From positions 95,758,706 to 95,822,705 of the forward strand of contig NC_068986.1 of the NCBI RefSeq assembly GCF_001194135.2: a stretch of DNA of 64,000 nucleotides, in the 5' to 3' direction. The notes beneath the pieces were generated by a model. The model made no database searches, had not been told where the DNA came from, and was given only the letters and a program-made list of their open reading frames with translations. How positions within the stretch are numbered: position 1 is the first letter of the stretch; the number at the start of each line of letters is the position of its first letter. Source of the DNA: Octopus bimaculoides (Eukaryota). Position numbers and translations under genes: made by a program. Positions 24,640-37,048 of the stretch are shown here, piece after piece.

Positions 24640-26121
24640 TACATTGTTTATATTAGTCAGACTGGTGTCACACTTTGATTGCTGCTTTCACTACATTACA
24701 GCTGTTGTATGCGCCAGCCTTCTATATAACTTAAATTCATGAACAGTAGCTGTAGTAGCAATGGGTTACATAGAAGTGAAATCATGGTCAGTTCATAAAA
24801 GACAGTGACAATCAGATATTTTGATGGACTAAATAGTATTGTCAATGGAGAAGGTAGAGATATTCATAAATCTAAATTGGGTATTTTAATGTGACACTTT
24901 ATTACCTCAATTTACAAGCAACTGAGATAACATACTAGACCTGAATAAGTATGTTGTGACATTAACATCATATCCAAATGAGACAGTTGCTATTCATCCA
25001 CTGAATGTCATAAAAAAAACTCTGGCTAAACTTTAGGCCAATGATCTCTTGAGATTTACACTGGGTATAATACATAAGGACATAAATAAAATATATAAAA
25101 ACTATACCAGAGTTTACAACTTTATTACAGTCTGAAAAAATAATCCTGACTGACAAAGCACACAGCACAGATAAACAAACATTTTCCCTTTCCCTCCAAA
25201 AGACAATACTATAAACACCTCAAGATCATACAGGTGTACATAGTCATGTGGCTAAAAACTAACATGCAACTATTGAAAACACTTAATAATAAACATAATA
25301 ATTATTTCTAACATAGGGATAAGGCCACAAATTTGATGGGGTTAGTCGATTGAATTAACCCCAGTACTTGACTGGTAATTTAGTTTTGTCTACTCCATAA
25401 GGATAAAAGGAAAAGTTGATTTGGATGAAATTTAAACTCAGAACATAAGATACATAACTAAAGACTACAGGTATTTTGTCCTGTTCTAACAGCTCTGCCA
25501 ATCCACCAGACCTTAAAAATAGTAATAATTGTTTCTAACTTAGGTAGAAGGCCAGAAATTTAGGAATAGGAAGTTAATCAATTAAAATGACTCAAGACAT
25601 AAGTGGTACTTTATTTTACCAAACATGGAAGGATAAAAGGTAAAGTAGATCTTGGTGAGATCTGAACTCAGAACATAAAGACAAGAAGGAATACCACAAA
25701 CATTTTGCCTGATGCTCTAATAAACAGCTTTTTTTGATTATTTAAAGAACTGTGAATCTCATGATCCACTTTTTGCATCTTATGTCTTCAGTCTGGGTTC
25801 ATCCTTCCTTTTCTGGGTCTTCTTTCTTTTGTGGTTGTCTCTGACAATTTGTTATTCTTCTCCAACTTTCATATATACCCCATCATTTCAAGTCAATAGA
25901 CTTGAGCCTATTCAGGTAGACCTTTTGATACAATATCCTAGTGATGAGCACAGAACAGATTTTTTCCTGATGGTATTCTGGAAACGGTAGTTTCTGGGAC
26001 CTGCTGTTATATTCTTGCCACTACTGCAGTCTGCTGCTTTCCTCCTTTCTTTGCTTTTTCAGCTTCTCAAGGAGAAATCCCCCAACAAGCTCTGAGAACT
26101 ACAAGTGGGATTTCGGCCTTG

Positions 26122-27021
26122 CATCATCATCATCATCATCATCATCGTTTAACGTCCGCTTTCCATGCTAGCATGGGTTGGACGATTTGACTGAGGACTG
26201 GTGAAACCGGATGGCAACACCAGGCTCCAGTCTGATTTGGCAGAGTTTCTACAGCTGGATGCCCTTCCTAACGCCAACCACTCAGAGAGTGTAGTGGGTG
26301 CTTTTACGTGTCACCCGCACGAAAACGGCCACGCTCGAAATGGTGTCTTTTATGTGCCNNNNNNNNNNNNNNNNNNNNNNNNNNNNNNNNNNNNNNNNNN
26401 NNNNNNNNNNNNNNNNNNNNNNNNNNNNNNNNNNNNNNNNNNNNNNNNNNNNNNNNNNNNNNNNNNNNNNNNNNNNNNNNNNNNNNNNNNNNNNNNNNNN
26501 NNNNNNNNNNNNNNNNNNNNNNNNNNNNNNNNNNNNNNNNNNNNNNNNNNNNNNNNNNNNNNNNNNNNNNNNNNNNNNNNNNNNNNNNNNNNNNNNNNNN
26601 NNNNNNNNNNNNNNNNNNNNNNNNNNNNNNNNNNNNNNNNNNNNNNNNNNNNNNNNNNNNNNNNNNNNNNNNNNNNNNNNNNCTTCTCACGCACAGCCCA
26701 TTTCCAAAGGTCTCGGTCCGTAGTCATCGCCTCGGTGAGGCCCAATGTACGAAGGTCTTGCCTCACCACCTCAGCCCAAGTCTTCCTGGGCCTACCTCTT
26801 CCACGGGTTCCCTCAACTGTTAGGGTGTGGCACTTTTTCACGCAGCTATCCTCCTCCATTCTCACCACATGTCCATACCAGCGCAATCGTCTCTCTTGCA
26901 CGCCACAACTGATGCTTCTAATGTTCAGCTTTTTCTCTCAAGACTTCTAATGTTCAGCTTTTCTCTCAAGACTTCTAATGTTCAGCTTTTCTCTCAAGAT
27001 GCTTCTAATGTTCAGCTTTTC
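26122..27021 (-). mobile_element. 5'-truncated RTE LINE (RT C-terminus + 3'UTR), with internal gap
   Basis: QERRLRWYGHVVRMEEDSCVKKC..VEGTRGRGRPRKTW..VVRQDL (typical RTE C-terminus), colinear with the (GAT)n-tailed repeat at 26122-26358. Confidence 0.9.
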
Positions 27022-29561
27022 GGGTGGAGAAAGAAAAGTATTTAGATTGACAATGCAGGGCTAACAGCCAGGATGCCAGTTCCTAAATGTATTCCTCTGG
27101 CACAAAGGTTGTGTCCTTTGGAACATGTCTTTCCTGTGTTCTCTTCTTTTGGGGAGCTGACTAGCAAAGCTAGCAAAACAGCTGTTATTGCTATTAAAGT
27201 CACTGGAAATATCAGTTTTATTCATTTGTTAGAGTGTCTCTTTCTTTATATGTATTTTTTTCTCCCTTTTCAAATTTTGTGGTGACAATACCACTGCCAC
27301 TATAACCACCTTTTTACACCTCTCCATGCTGGCATGAGTTGGACAGTTCATTATGGTCCAAGCCAGTTCTTATTCAAAGTTATTGCCCTCCTAAATAAAT
27401 CAGAGAACCATGTTTCACTCAGTCATCTCAGTTTTGGCAAGGTTTCTACAGTTGGCTGCCCTTCCTTACACCATCCTTTTTTACAGAATGTAAATGATGC
27501 ATTTTTTCATTGCACCAATACTTGAAAAATTATCACACTCTCAGTGAGAAGAAAGAATCCTTTCAACCCTATGTTGTCTCTGCTTGATTTGTCAACCACT
27601 TTGCAGAGTGTACTGGATGTTTTTTCATGGCATCAATACTAGTGAGATCACTATGTAACTTGCAAGACTAATAAGTCCTCACTACTCTGAGAGGATGAAT
27701 GGAAAAGACTGTGGTGACATAAGCTGAGTTGCAACAGAGATGTTAAAATGTAATGGGAAAAACAGGNNNNNNNNNNNNNNNNNNNNNNNNNNNNNNNNNN
27801 NNNNNNNNNNNNNNNNNNNNNNNNNNNNNNNNNNNNNNNNNNNNNNNNNNNNNNNNNNNNNNNNNNNNNNNNNNNNNNNNNNNNNNNNNNNNNNNNNNNN
27901 NNNNNNNNNNNNNNNNNNNNNNNNNNNNNNNNNNNNNNNNNNNNNNNNNNNNNNNNNNNNNNNNNNNNNNNNNNNNNNNNNNNNNNNNNNNNNNNNNNNN
28001 NNNNNNNNNNNNNNNNNNNNNNNNNNNNNNNNNNNNNNNNNNNNNNNNNNNNNNNNNNNNNNNNNNNNNNNNNNNNNNNNNNNNNNNNNNNNNNNNNNNN
28101 NNNNNNNNNNNNNNNNNNNNNNNNNNNNNNNNNNNNNNNNNNNNNNNNNNNNNNNNNNNNNNNNNNNNNNNNNNNNNNNNNNNNNNNNNNNNNNNNNNNN
28201 NNNNNNNNNNNNNNNNNNNNNNNNNNNNNNNNNNNNNNNNNNNNNNNNNNNNNNNNNNNNNNNNNNNNNNNNNNNNNNNNNNNNNNNNNNNNNNNNNNNN
28301 NNNNNNNNNNNNNNNNNNNNNNNNNNNNNNNNNNNNNNNNNNNNNNNNNNNNNNNNNNNNNNNNNNNNNNNNNNNNNNNNNNNNNNNNNNNNNNNNNNNN
28401 NNNNNNNNNNNNNNNNNNNNNNNNNNNNNNNNNNNNNNNNNNNNNNNNNNNNNNNNNNNNNNNNNNNNNNNNNNNNNNNNNNNNNNNNNNNNNNNNNNNN
28501 TGTGCGTGTGTGTGGATGTGTGTTTGGATGTGCGTGTGTGCGCGCGTGTGTGTGGATGTGTGTGTAGATGCATGTGTGGATGTGTGTGTGTGTGTGTGGA
28601 TGTGTGTGGATGTGTGTGTGTGTGTGTGTGTGTGGATGTGCGTGCATGTGTGTGTGTGTGTGTGTGTGTGTATATGCTGGGTGTTTAATAAAGAAATAAC
28701 ATTTAAACCTGTTTCCCATTTGAAAATCTGACAGAGTAAATATATGAGAGATGGTGTAAGTGACAGTAAGCGGTAGTGAGAGAGGTGCATGTATAGATGA
28801 CTTTTCCAAAATGCTACAGTATATGCAGACCAAGTTGTTTAGCAATGTTGATCAGCTAATAAACTTGACAGGCACAGATGATGAAAGGAAGACACACACA
28901 CAAGTTTCATTTGCCTTGGTCTACTGATGACCACATCCCAATCCTTCAATTGCAGAAAGAACATACAAGCGTTTGGCTGAAGGGGCCATGTTGTCTAACT
29001 GTGTGCATACCACTTTTCTTGCTTTTCAATCCCCTCTCCAAAGCAGAGACCATCAAATTAAGTGGCAAAAAGCAATATCTTACAATCTTAAAGAGTTCAA
29101 AATAGTCTTCAGCTAGCCATTGAACTATTTCTTTGGTCCCTATTGTGTAACTGATTGAAGAGAATCTCACAGGGGAAACAAAAGCCTGATATATGCCCTA
29201 CATCTGTGAGCCATCTCAACTGACTACTATTGTACAGATTCAATGCTGTAGACATCCATACAGATTGTAATCACACATTACAAAATGTAAATGATTTAAA
29301 TCTTTACTATATTCTATGGTATATTGGATTTCATATATAGTAGGAATCTACCATCATTTAGGTTGAGAGTCACACCCCAAAATTAACAATTCTTCGGTTA
29401 ATGCTTATTATGATTTTTAAGTTCAAGTCTATAAATAATTTTGCTAACTCTTTTCAAAATCTATCTACACATTGGCCATTTTTCTCTGGAAGTTAGGAAA
29501 CTGTCATCTCAGTAAATTCTCCTATTATGTGAACTGAATTTCTTTTGTAGTGGGTCTAAAA

Positions 29562-29738
29562 CAGGGGTCCCCAAACTTTTTAGACCATCGACCCCTTCAT
29601 GGAATCCTTAACCCCTCATCAACCCCCAGGTATGTACAAGAAAATAAATAATAATAATAATTAAGGAGATGTGCATTTATCGACACCCCCCCTCCAGGAG
29701 TTGTGGGGGGTTGATATCGACCACTTTGGAGACCCCTG
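29562..29738. mobile_element. hAT-type MITE (177 bp)
   Basis: TIR CAGGGGTCCCCAAA / TTTGGAGACCCCTG; perfect 8-bp TSD GTCTAAAA. Confidence 0.9.
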
Positions 29739-29899
29739 GTCTAAAATATAAACTCCAATAAGGTTTGAAACTTCTGTCAAATTCCTGGCACCAACATTAA
29801 TATAAAAAATGTCTGTAATTGTTCTGCATTGTTGGAGATGCAATACTGAGAGCAGTGGCTTTGTGCCAGGAGTTGAGAGATCAAAATATGATAGAGGGA

Positions 29900-30670
29900 C
29901 AGGAACAAGTGTCAGAGGAGGTACATGGCTACCCTAGCAGAAAAGGGAGGAAGGATAGTAGAGATGAAGTGTGAAGATGTACCTGCAAGAAACAAAAGAA
30001 TGGATAAAAAGGGAATAGGGACACAGAATTGATGGCTGGGAGGGTAGGTGTGCAAAAGTGTGAAAGGAGAGTGACAGACAATAGAGATGAAGATAGAGAC
30101 GAATGCAGTGAATGGTGAAGATGAGTGGAGGCATGGCCAATAGTGAATCTCAGTTTGGTAAGGAAATATGAGTGGGTCAAGGAGGCGGTGATGATAGGAA
30201 TCAATGCATAAAAAGAGCATGATGGAGAGCAGTATAAAAAAAAAACTTAGATGAGAAATAAGAAGATCATATGAAGTGGGTGGGGAGAGAAGATGCACAA
30301 TGATAGAGATGAAGGTCAGAGGCCTGCAGGGGTGGTATATAGTGAGTGACAAAAAAAGGTGGAGGGGACATTGATGGCAGATATGAAATGATGATCAAGG
30401 AAAATACAATGGTAAAGGATGATGTTGAGAATGTGGGATGGGTAACAAGTTAAAAGGTTCCAAGGAGAGGAATAACTAGTAGCACAAAAAGGAGGTATAA
30501 GTGCAGTTCTATTCTCATGACTGCTGAAATCATAAAAAATATATTGGACAATAGATTCACTGAAATAAATGAAAATCAAATCAAATAAAGAAATAAGCTG
30601 GTCATGGTTGAAATGCCTTTGATTGCAAGTCTTCTGAATCAGGGTTGACCTAGGATTCAACAACAACATA
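29900..30670 (-). mobile_element. Heavily decayed non-LTR retrotransposon RT region
   Basis: Weak motif resemblance (IQKTCNQRHFNHDQLIS vs DIxKAFDRVWHxxLI); purine-rich skew; many stops. Confidence 0.35.
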
Positions 30671-32176
30671 GTCTTCTGTATCTATTACTAGAGACTAATT
30701 ACTCTCTACCAAAATTTAAAAAATTTTTTTTTGGGGGGGGTCCCTTCTTTTTTCCTTTTTTGTCAGAAAACATGAGCTAAATATGAGAAGTTTGAACTTG
30801 TAATGTGAACCTTAATTGAAATTCAAAAATAAGGAAATTTTAAACTTATTCAGATTTAAATTTCAGCTAGTTGAAAGGTAGAAAGTACAAATAAATAATT
30901 TCTGCTCTCTACTCTTCTTCTTTCTTTATTTTCCTTTGAAAGCATCCTAGGTTTAAGAATGTAAAATCTCAAAACAAAATGAGAAAAAAAAAAAAAAAGA
31001 TACATATAGAATATCTATTTTTGTCTCACTGTATACCAAGAATATAATTATAATTCTAAAGAGAAAAAATATTGTTGCTTGACCTGCTAACATACACACA
31101 TCCACACACAATACATGTGTTTGTGAGAGACAGAGACAGACAGACAGACAGAAAAACAATACAAAGAAAGCAAACAATGGGGTAAAAAAATAACCCCAGC
31201 CTTCTACTTAATATGATAATTGTTTTTCTCTGATGTAACAGAAATACCAGTTTTGCTAAACTGTGAACAGTGGAGAACATATTTTGATTAAATTGATCTC
31301 AACTAGTTTACTGTTATTGTTTCAATAATCCAATTTCTCTTCTTCACCTCTCTGAAATGACAAAAGTTCCCATGGCTGTGAGGTGAAGAAGTTCACACTA
31401 CAGTCACATGCTTCTAGGTTCAAACTCATTGTGCAACATCTAGGGCAAATGTCTTTAACCCCACAACTCTGGGTCAATCCAAGCTTTGTGTATAAAACAT
31501 CATTAGACAGGAAAACTGTGTGGACAGTCATCAGATGGACTGTTTTTATTGTTAAGTGGTAGGCTTAATCTGTTGCTTAATTCAACACCAACAGCTGGCC
31601 CTTGAATGCCTTTAACAGAATCCACTCTGTTGCAAACTTTAGACCATGTCTCTCTGGAAGATATCAAGACCTTCCACCTTTTCTTTCAACAACTTCAGAG
31701 ACCCAGCAAAATGGTCATAACTGCTGCCCTTCCTACTCTGACTATATGGAAAATACTAAAAAAAAAATTCACTTTCTTATAAAACTGACATTAAACAGCC
31801 AACCATTTACTAATTGCACTCATCTCATTCCTCTTTACTGTAGGTCTTCCTTACTATAGTTCAATTTTTTAAAATTATTTTAACCCTTACACAGGTATGT
31901 ATGATTAAGGTGATATAAAGACAGTGAGGGAAGCCTCTATGCAATCACTCAACATGATAAAAATAGCAGGTAAATCTTCCTCAAATTACCCTACCATTAA
32001 AAAAAGAGTGGGAAGGATACATTGGGTAAAGTAGTCCTGGATATTCAAAAAGACATAATGGTTCAAGGCTGAAATATCTTTGATCCTATGCCTGCTCACT
32101 TTTCTATCTTTTTGCACTTTTTTTAATGCTTTATTTTGTGTACTGTGCACATCCTCCAAGCCTTCATTGCTGTCTT

Positions 32177-32213
<37 letters not shown>

Positions 32214-32214
32214 C

Positions 32215-32448
32215 GCCTTTTTAAAGCCTAGCCAGGCTCATGGGCCTGGTTTCAATGGCATATGTGTTCCCCAGCTGGACGGGAAGCCAGTCCATCGCAG
32301 CGTTACTCATTTTTGCCAGCTGAGTGGACTGGAGCAACGTGAAATGAAGTGTTTTGCTCAAGAACACAACGCATCGCCCGGTCCAGGAATCGAAACCACA
32401 ATCTTACGATCATGGTGCTGACACTCTATCCACTAAACCACGCGCCTC
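32215..32448 (-). mobile_element. tRNA-derived SINE with CORE-like body
   Basis: Head GAGGCGCGTGGTTTAGTGG...GGTTTCGATTCC; body TGTGTTCTTGAGCAAAACACTT; T-rich tail on the + strand. Confidence 0.75.
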
Positions 32449-35400
32449 TTTCTTTACTTGACTTATATGTCTGCTTTCTGTTCCCTCTTTTAAACTTTTC
32501 AGTAGGATACTTGAGCATTATATTCAATACGCACATTATTATTAGTATCATTATCAGCATTATTATAATGAAAGGTGGCAAACTGACAGAATCATTAGTG
32601 CATTGGACAAAATGCGAAACAGCTTTTCTTCTGGCTCTTTAACATTCTGAATCTAAATCTTGTTGAGGTCAATTTTGTATTTCATTCTTTCAGAATCAAT
32701 AAAATAAGTATCAATTAAGCGCTGGGATCGGTGTAATTTACTTGCCCCCTCCCTGCAAATTATAGGCCTTGTGCCTATAGTAGAAATAATAATTATTATA
32801 ATAATATATTGAAATTTCATAATCTATGGCCTAAGATACAAATTCTGTTAATTGCATGCTGTCAAGTGGGGATGTATATAAAACTATCAGTTGCATGTAT
32901 AAAAAGCTGTCAAGTGAAGCAGGATACATAAAGAAAAGTCAGCAGGTGTAGGTATATAAAGCGAGTAAATTTGGAGAAATAAAAGGTACATAATGATACT
33001 TTCTTCAGTGCATAAGGAGACAATTTATTATTGATTGGCAAACAATTTTTGAGTCACATTTATAAGGAGTGATAGAGAACCTGAATCAGGAAGGTTAATA
33101 ATTGACCTCAATGATATCCCGTGCAGGTGGCACGTAAAATACACCATTTTGAGCGTGGCCGTTGCCAGTACCGCCTGACTTGCCTTCGTGCCGGTGGCAT
33201 GTAAAAAGCACCCACTACACTCTCGGAGTGGTTGGCATTAGGAAGGGCATCCAGCTGTAGAAACTCTGCCAAATCAGNNNNNNNNNNCACTCTCGGAGTG
33301 GTTGGCATTAGGAAGGGCATCCAGCTGTAGAAACTCTGCCAAATCAGATTGGAGCCTGGTGTAGCCATCTGGTTCACCGGTCCTCAGTCAAATCGTCCAA
33401 CCCATGCTAGCATGGAAAGCGGACGTTAAACGATGATGATGATGAATGAGTAACCAAGGATAAAGCTAATATCAATGATTCCATAGTTTACCTCCAAAAC
33501 ATATTTTATTTAAACTGTTGAATTCTCTGAGACTGAAATAACTGGGTGTTATTAGTGAACTTCAAGTCCAGTTTTAACTCTGGAAAGTTGGTAGTTAGAA
33601 AGAAGAGGAGGTGTAAACATGGGCAGTGAGGGAGTTCAGGAGGGTAATAATCAGAGACGTATATTCTTGGTGTACTAACTAAATGCTATACAACTGTCAA
33701 AGCTGGTAAATATTCTTTATAATAATTCCTGTTCTTGCAATATCATGATATAACCTGGTTGTAATTTGTTTTCAAATAACACATACACAAACTCAAAGAT
33801 TAACTACTGCTTGCAACCTTAACAAAGAATGATTGGGTACAGTGTATAGGAGAGTATCTGGTGTTTTAAAATATAGTGCAATTGAAGGCAGGAGGAGGTA
33901 TGGATGGATAAAATGGGGTTAGGTGGAATTTCATAGAATCAAAGACTGTAGTGAGAATATAGCTTGAAAATTAGTTGGTGCTGTTGTTCAACATCCACCC
34001 CTAACTTAGCCTTGATTAAGCAAACCTATGATCAACGCTACTCAATCTATGGCAACTGTCTTTTATACAAATATAGTGCACTCTGGAATACATTATTCAA
34101 TAAGTAAGGTTTGAAGGTAATTTGGTTGCTATTTTTAGTAGATTAAAAGACCACAGTCTCCAGAATATAGTGAATGAAGACTTGCTTATCTAATAGTTAG
34201 CCTGCTTTTCTTTCTTTCAGTATGTTATATTGTCCAGAATATTTAGTGCATGCTTCCCAATATGATAGTATTTAGATACAGATCTAGTGACAGTATCTTA
34301 GTGATCAGCATTGAAGCCGCTCAAGTGGTCAATGCTAGTCATTTTCAAGCTCTGAAATGTTATCTTTCGATGTAACATTTGGGTTTCATGGGGTTCAAGC
34401 CAATGAGGAAACCTTTACAAGATTGATCAATCTGCTAGAAATCATAGCTAAATCTTCATCAAATTAAATCTTACCATTTTAAAAATAAAAGAATACATTG
34501 GATAAGATGGTCCTAGATACATTATGTCTGAATAAAAGATGTGATGGTCACAGCAGGAACACCCTTCAGAGTTCTACGAAATCAAGGTTGATTTTAGACT
34601 AAATAACAACAATGTCAAAGTTAATGTTGTTGTTTATTTACTTAATTATTGTCTTTCTTTGTGTATAAAAACTCACAGCATCAGATACATCAACTAGGCT
34701 AAACCTATCTCACTCCAACTTATATTATCATATTATTAAACCCAACATGGCAAGCTAATGAATTTTCTTGATAATGTTACGACACCATAACTTCTGTTAT
34801 TGCTTATCTAAATAACAAGTAGTTTCTACTTGTGAATTACTTGTGGACTGAGCCTTTTATTAATTCTGTCTTGGTTACAGACACAACAGAGGATAGAAAA
34901 CTATACAACCCACTCAGCTGATTGTCAGGTTCTCTACTCACTCGGCCAAAATGATAATTAATAACAAAATATTTTGGCCAACTTTATAACAAGTTTATTC
35001 AAACACTTGGGATGTTGAAAAACCAAAAACCAAAAAAAAAAAAAAAAAAAAAAAAAAGACAAGGGAAGAATACTTATTAAAAATATGAGACAAGAAAACC
35101 CTGCAACCTAACACATAAGAACATATAAAATACGTTGATTGTTATGCTTTGCAGGTAAATTAACAAAGAATGCAAATATCTGACATTTGATTACAACTGT
35201 TATTGTTTAACTCCAGGCTAGTCTCAAATGAACAGACCTAAGGCCAAAAGCATTCCAGCCATGACCATCTTGTTTTTTACTTAAATGCAGTGTCTCTCGG
35301 ACCATATTATTCACTCTTTCTTTCATTTTTGTAAAACAAAACATATTTTAAAAGGCATTTGGCTGCAGTTTCTAGCAAATCAAGCCATCATATAGATATT

Positions 35401-35823
35401 TCCCTCATTGACTTGTTTGAGTAAAAATTGATATGATTGAATCACAAATGGTCAGAAGTAAAGCTAAATTAAAGGGGAAAATAATGTCAGTCTTTTTTTA
35501 AAAATAAATAAGTACATAAAATAACCCCACCAAAATAAAACAATGTATTCTTCTGGTTGCAATCAACTTGAAACATATAAGTAGACTACGTTGACCTAAA
35601 TGAATAAAACTGAAGACAAAGTCTGAAAGAAAGGAAAGGATTGGCGACAGACAGAACTGATTTATTTGTAATCAGAATATAATTGAGAGATAGTTAATTA
35701 GGTTAGTCATTATTTAGATAATCTTTAACAAATGTTGACATTTTTTTTTAATGGAGAAATTTTAAGAAGGACAGTGAGACAATATTAAAAAATATTTGAC
35801 AACAAACAATATTTAAATGCATG

Positions 35824-36039
35824 AAGGGTGGTGAGCTGGTAGGGTCGTTAGCATGCCAGGTGAAATGCTTAGCGGTATTTCATCTGCCATTACGTTCTGA
35901 GTTCAAATTCTGCTGAGGTCAACTTTGCCTTTCATCCTTTCGGGGCCGATAAATTAAGTACCAGTTGTGTACTAGAGTTGATCTAATCGACTGGCCCCAC
36001 TCCCGCAAAATTTTGGGCCTTCTGCCTAGAGTAGAAAAG
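35824..36039 (+). mobile_element. tRNA-derived SINE (family B), full-length
   Basis: A/B-box head; ~16-bp TSD AATATTTAAAT(G/A)CATG (35808-35823 / 36040-36055). Other family B copies at ~21140-21315, 25300-25700, 43880-44080, 47450-48330, 51220-51660 and 54520-54730. Confidence 0.85.
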
Positions 36040-36073
36040 AATATTTAAATACATGTGTGTGTGTATGTATGTT

Positions 36074-36104
<31 letters not shown>

Positions 36105-36115
36105 CTGTGTATGTA

Positions 36116-37002
36116 CAGGGTGTGGTGAATAAACTGTCGTCTAAATTACGCAAAAATGAAAATAACACTGACATCTCATTTTAACAGATATGTTTACCAA
36201 AATTAGATAAAAATATCTTGAAATGCTAAAGAGCAAATTTATTCAATAAAATTGCCATTGGCTTCAACCATTGCTTCTAAACAACTTTGGAATCTCTTGC
36301 AATTCTTCTGGACAGTCTCCTTGTTTAAGCTGGTAAATGTTGCCATAATACTTGTCTTCAGTTCATCTTTGGTGTTACAAGGAGTTTTGTTGGTCTCTCG
36401 CTCAACTGTGCCCCACACATAATAATCAAGGGGGTTGCAGTCTGGGGAGTTAGGTAGCCAAATGTTAGGGATGATGAGGTTGCAGAAATTGTCTGACAGC
36501 CATGACTGGGTTCTCCTGCTTGTGTGGCATGGTGCAGAGTCCTGTTGCCAGACAGGTTGTTCCAGCAACCAGCATCTTGATCCAGGGCAGTACTACCTCC
36601 TCCAGGCACTTGATGTAGGCATCCATGTTGAGTCTGAGGCTGTGTGGGAAGATAAATGTAGGTATAATGTCACCATCACTAGTGATCACTCCAAACACCA
36701 TGATGTTGACTGGATATTTGATTTTTATTACTTTGAGTACATGTTTTGGGGAGACGGCAAGCCAACGGTTGTTCTGTGTGTTCCCCGTCTGTTCGTATTG
36801 GAGCTTCTGGCATGAATGCCAAGAAGTACAGCATGTCATTTCCAAATTTCTGGCAGAGTGAATTGCGTCATGATGCTGTTGTTTTCACAGACAGTACCCT
36901 ACTGACCCTACTATGCTGTGTAGTTGACAAAATCACAAAAAAACAATGCATATGTGTAAAATCAAAAATATAAAATGGTGACAATTTACCCATCACACCC
37001 TG
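36116..37002 (-). mobile_element. Non-autonomous Tc1/mariner (maT, DD37D-type) element
   Basis: TA TSD, TIR CAGGGTGTG. The translation QQDSAPCH...PNSPDCNPLDYYVWG has 37 residues between the last two Asp; internally deleted and frameshifted. Confidence 0.9.
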
Positions 37003-37006
37003 TATA

Positions 37007-37048
<42 letters not shown>

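Noticed and set aside
27651-28845. Long ORFs (276-387 aa), and similar ones at 13933-14480, 19217-19660, 43424-43795, 59978-60850 and 61856-62771
   Set aside because: Artefacts of N runs and dinucleotide microsatellites.
33118-33445. Tandem duplication within an RTE tail
   Set aside because: An identical segment is repeated on both sides of a 10-N gap, most likely a scaffolding overlap artefact.
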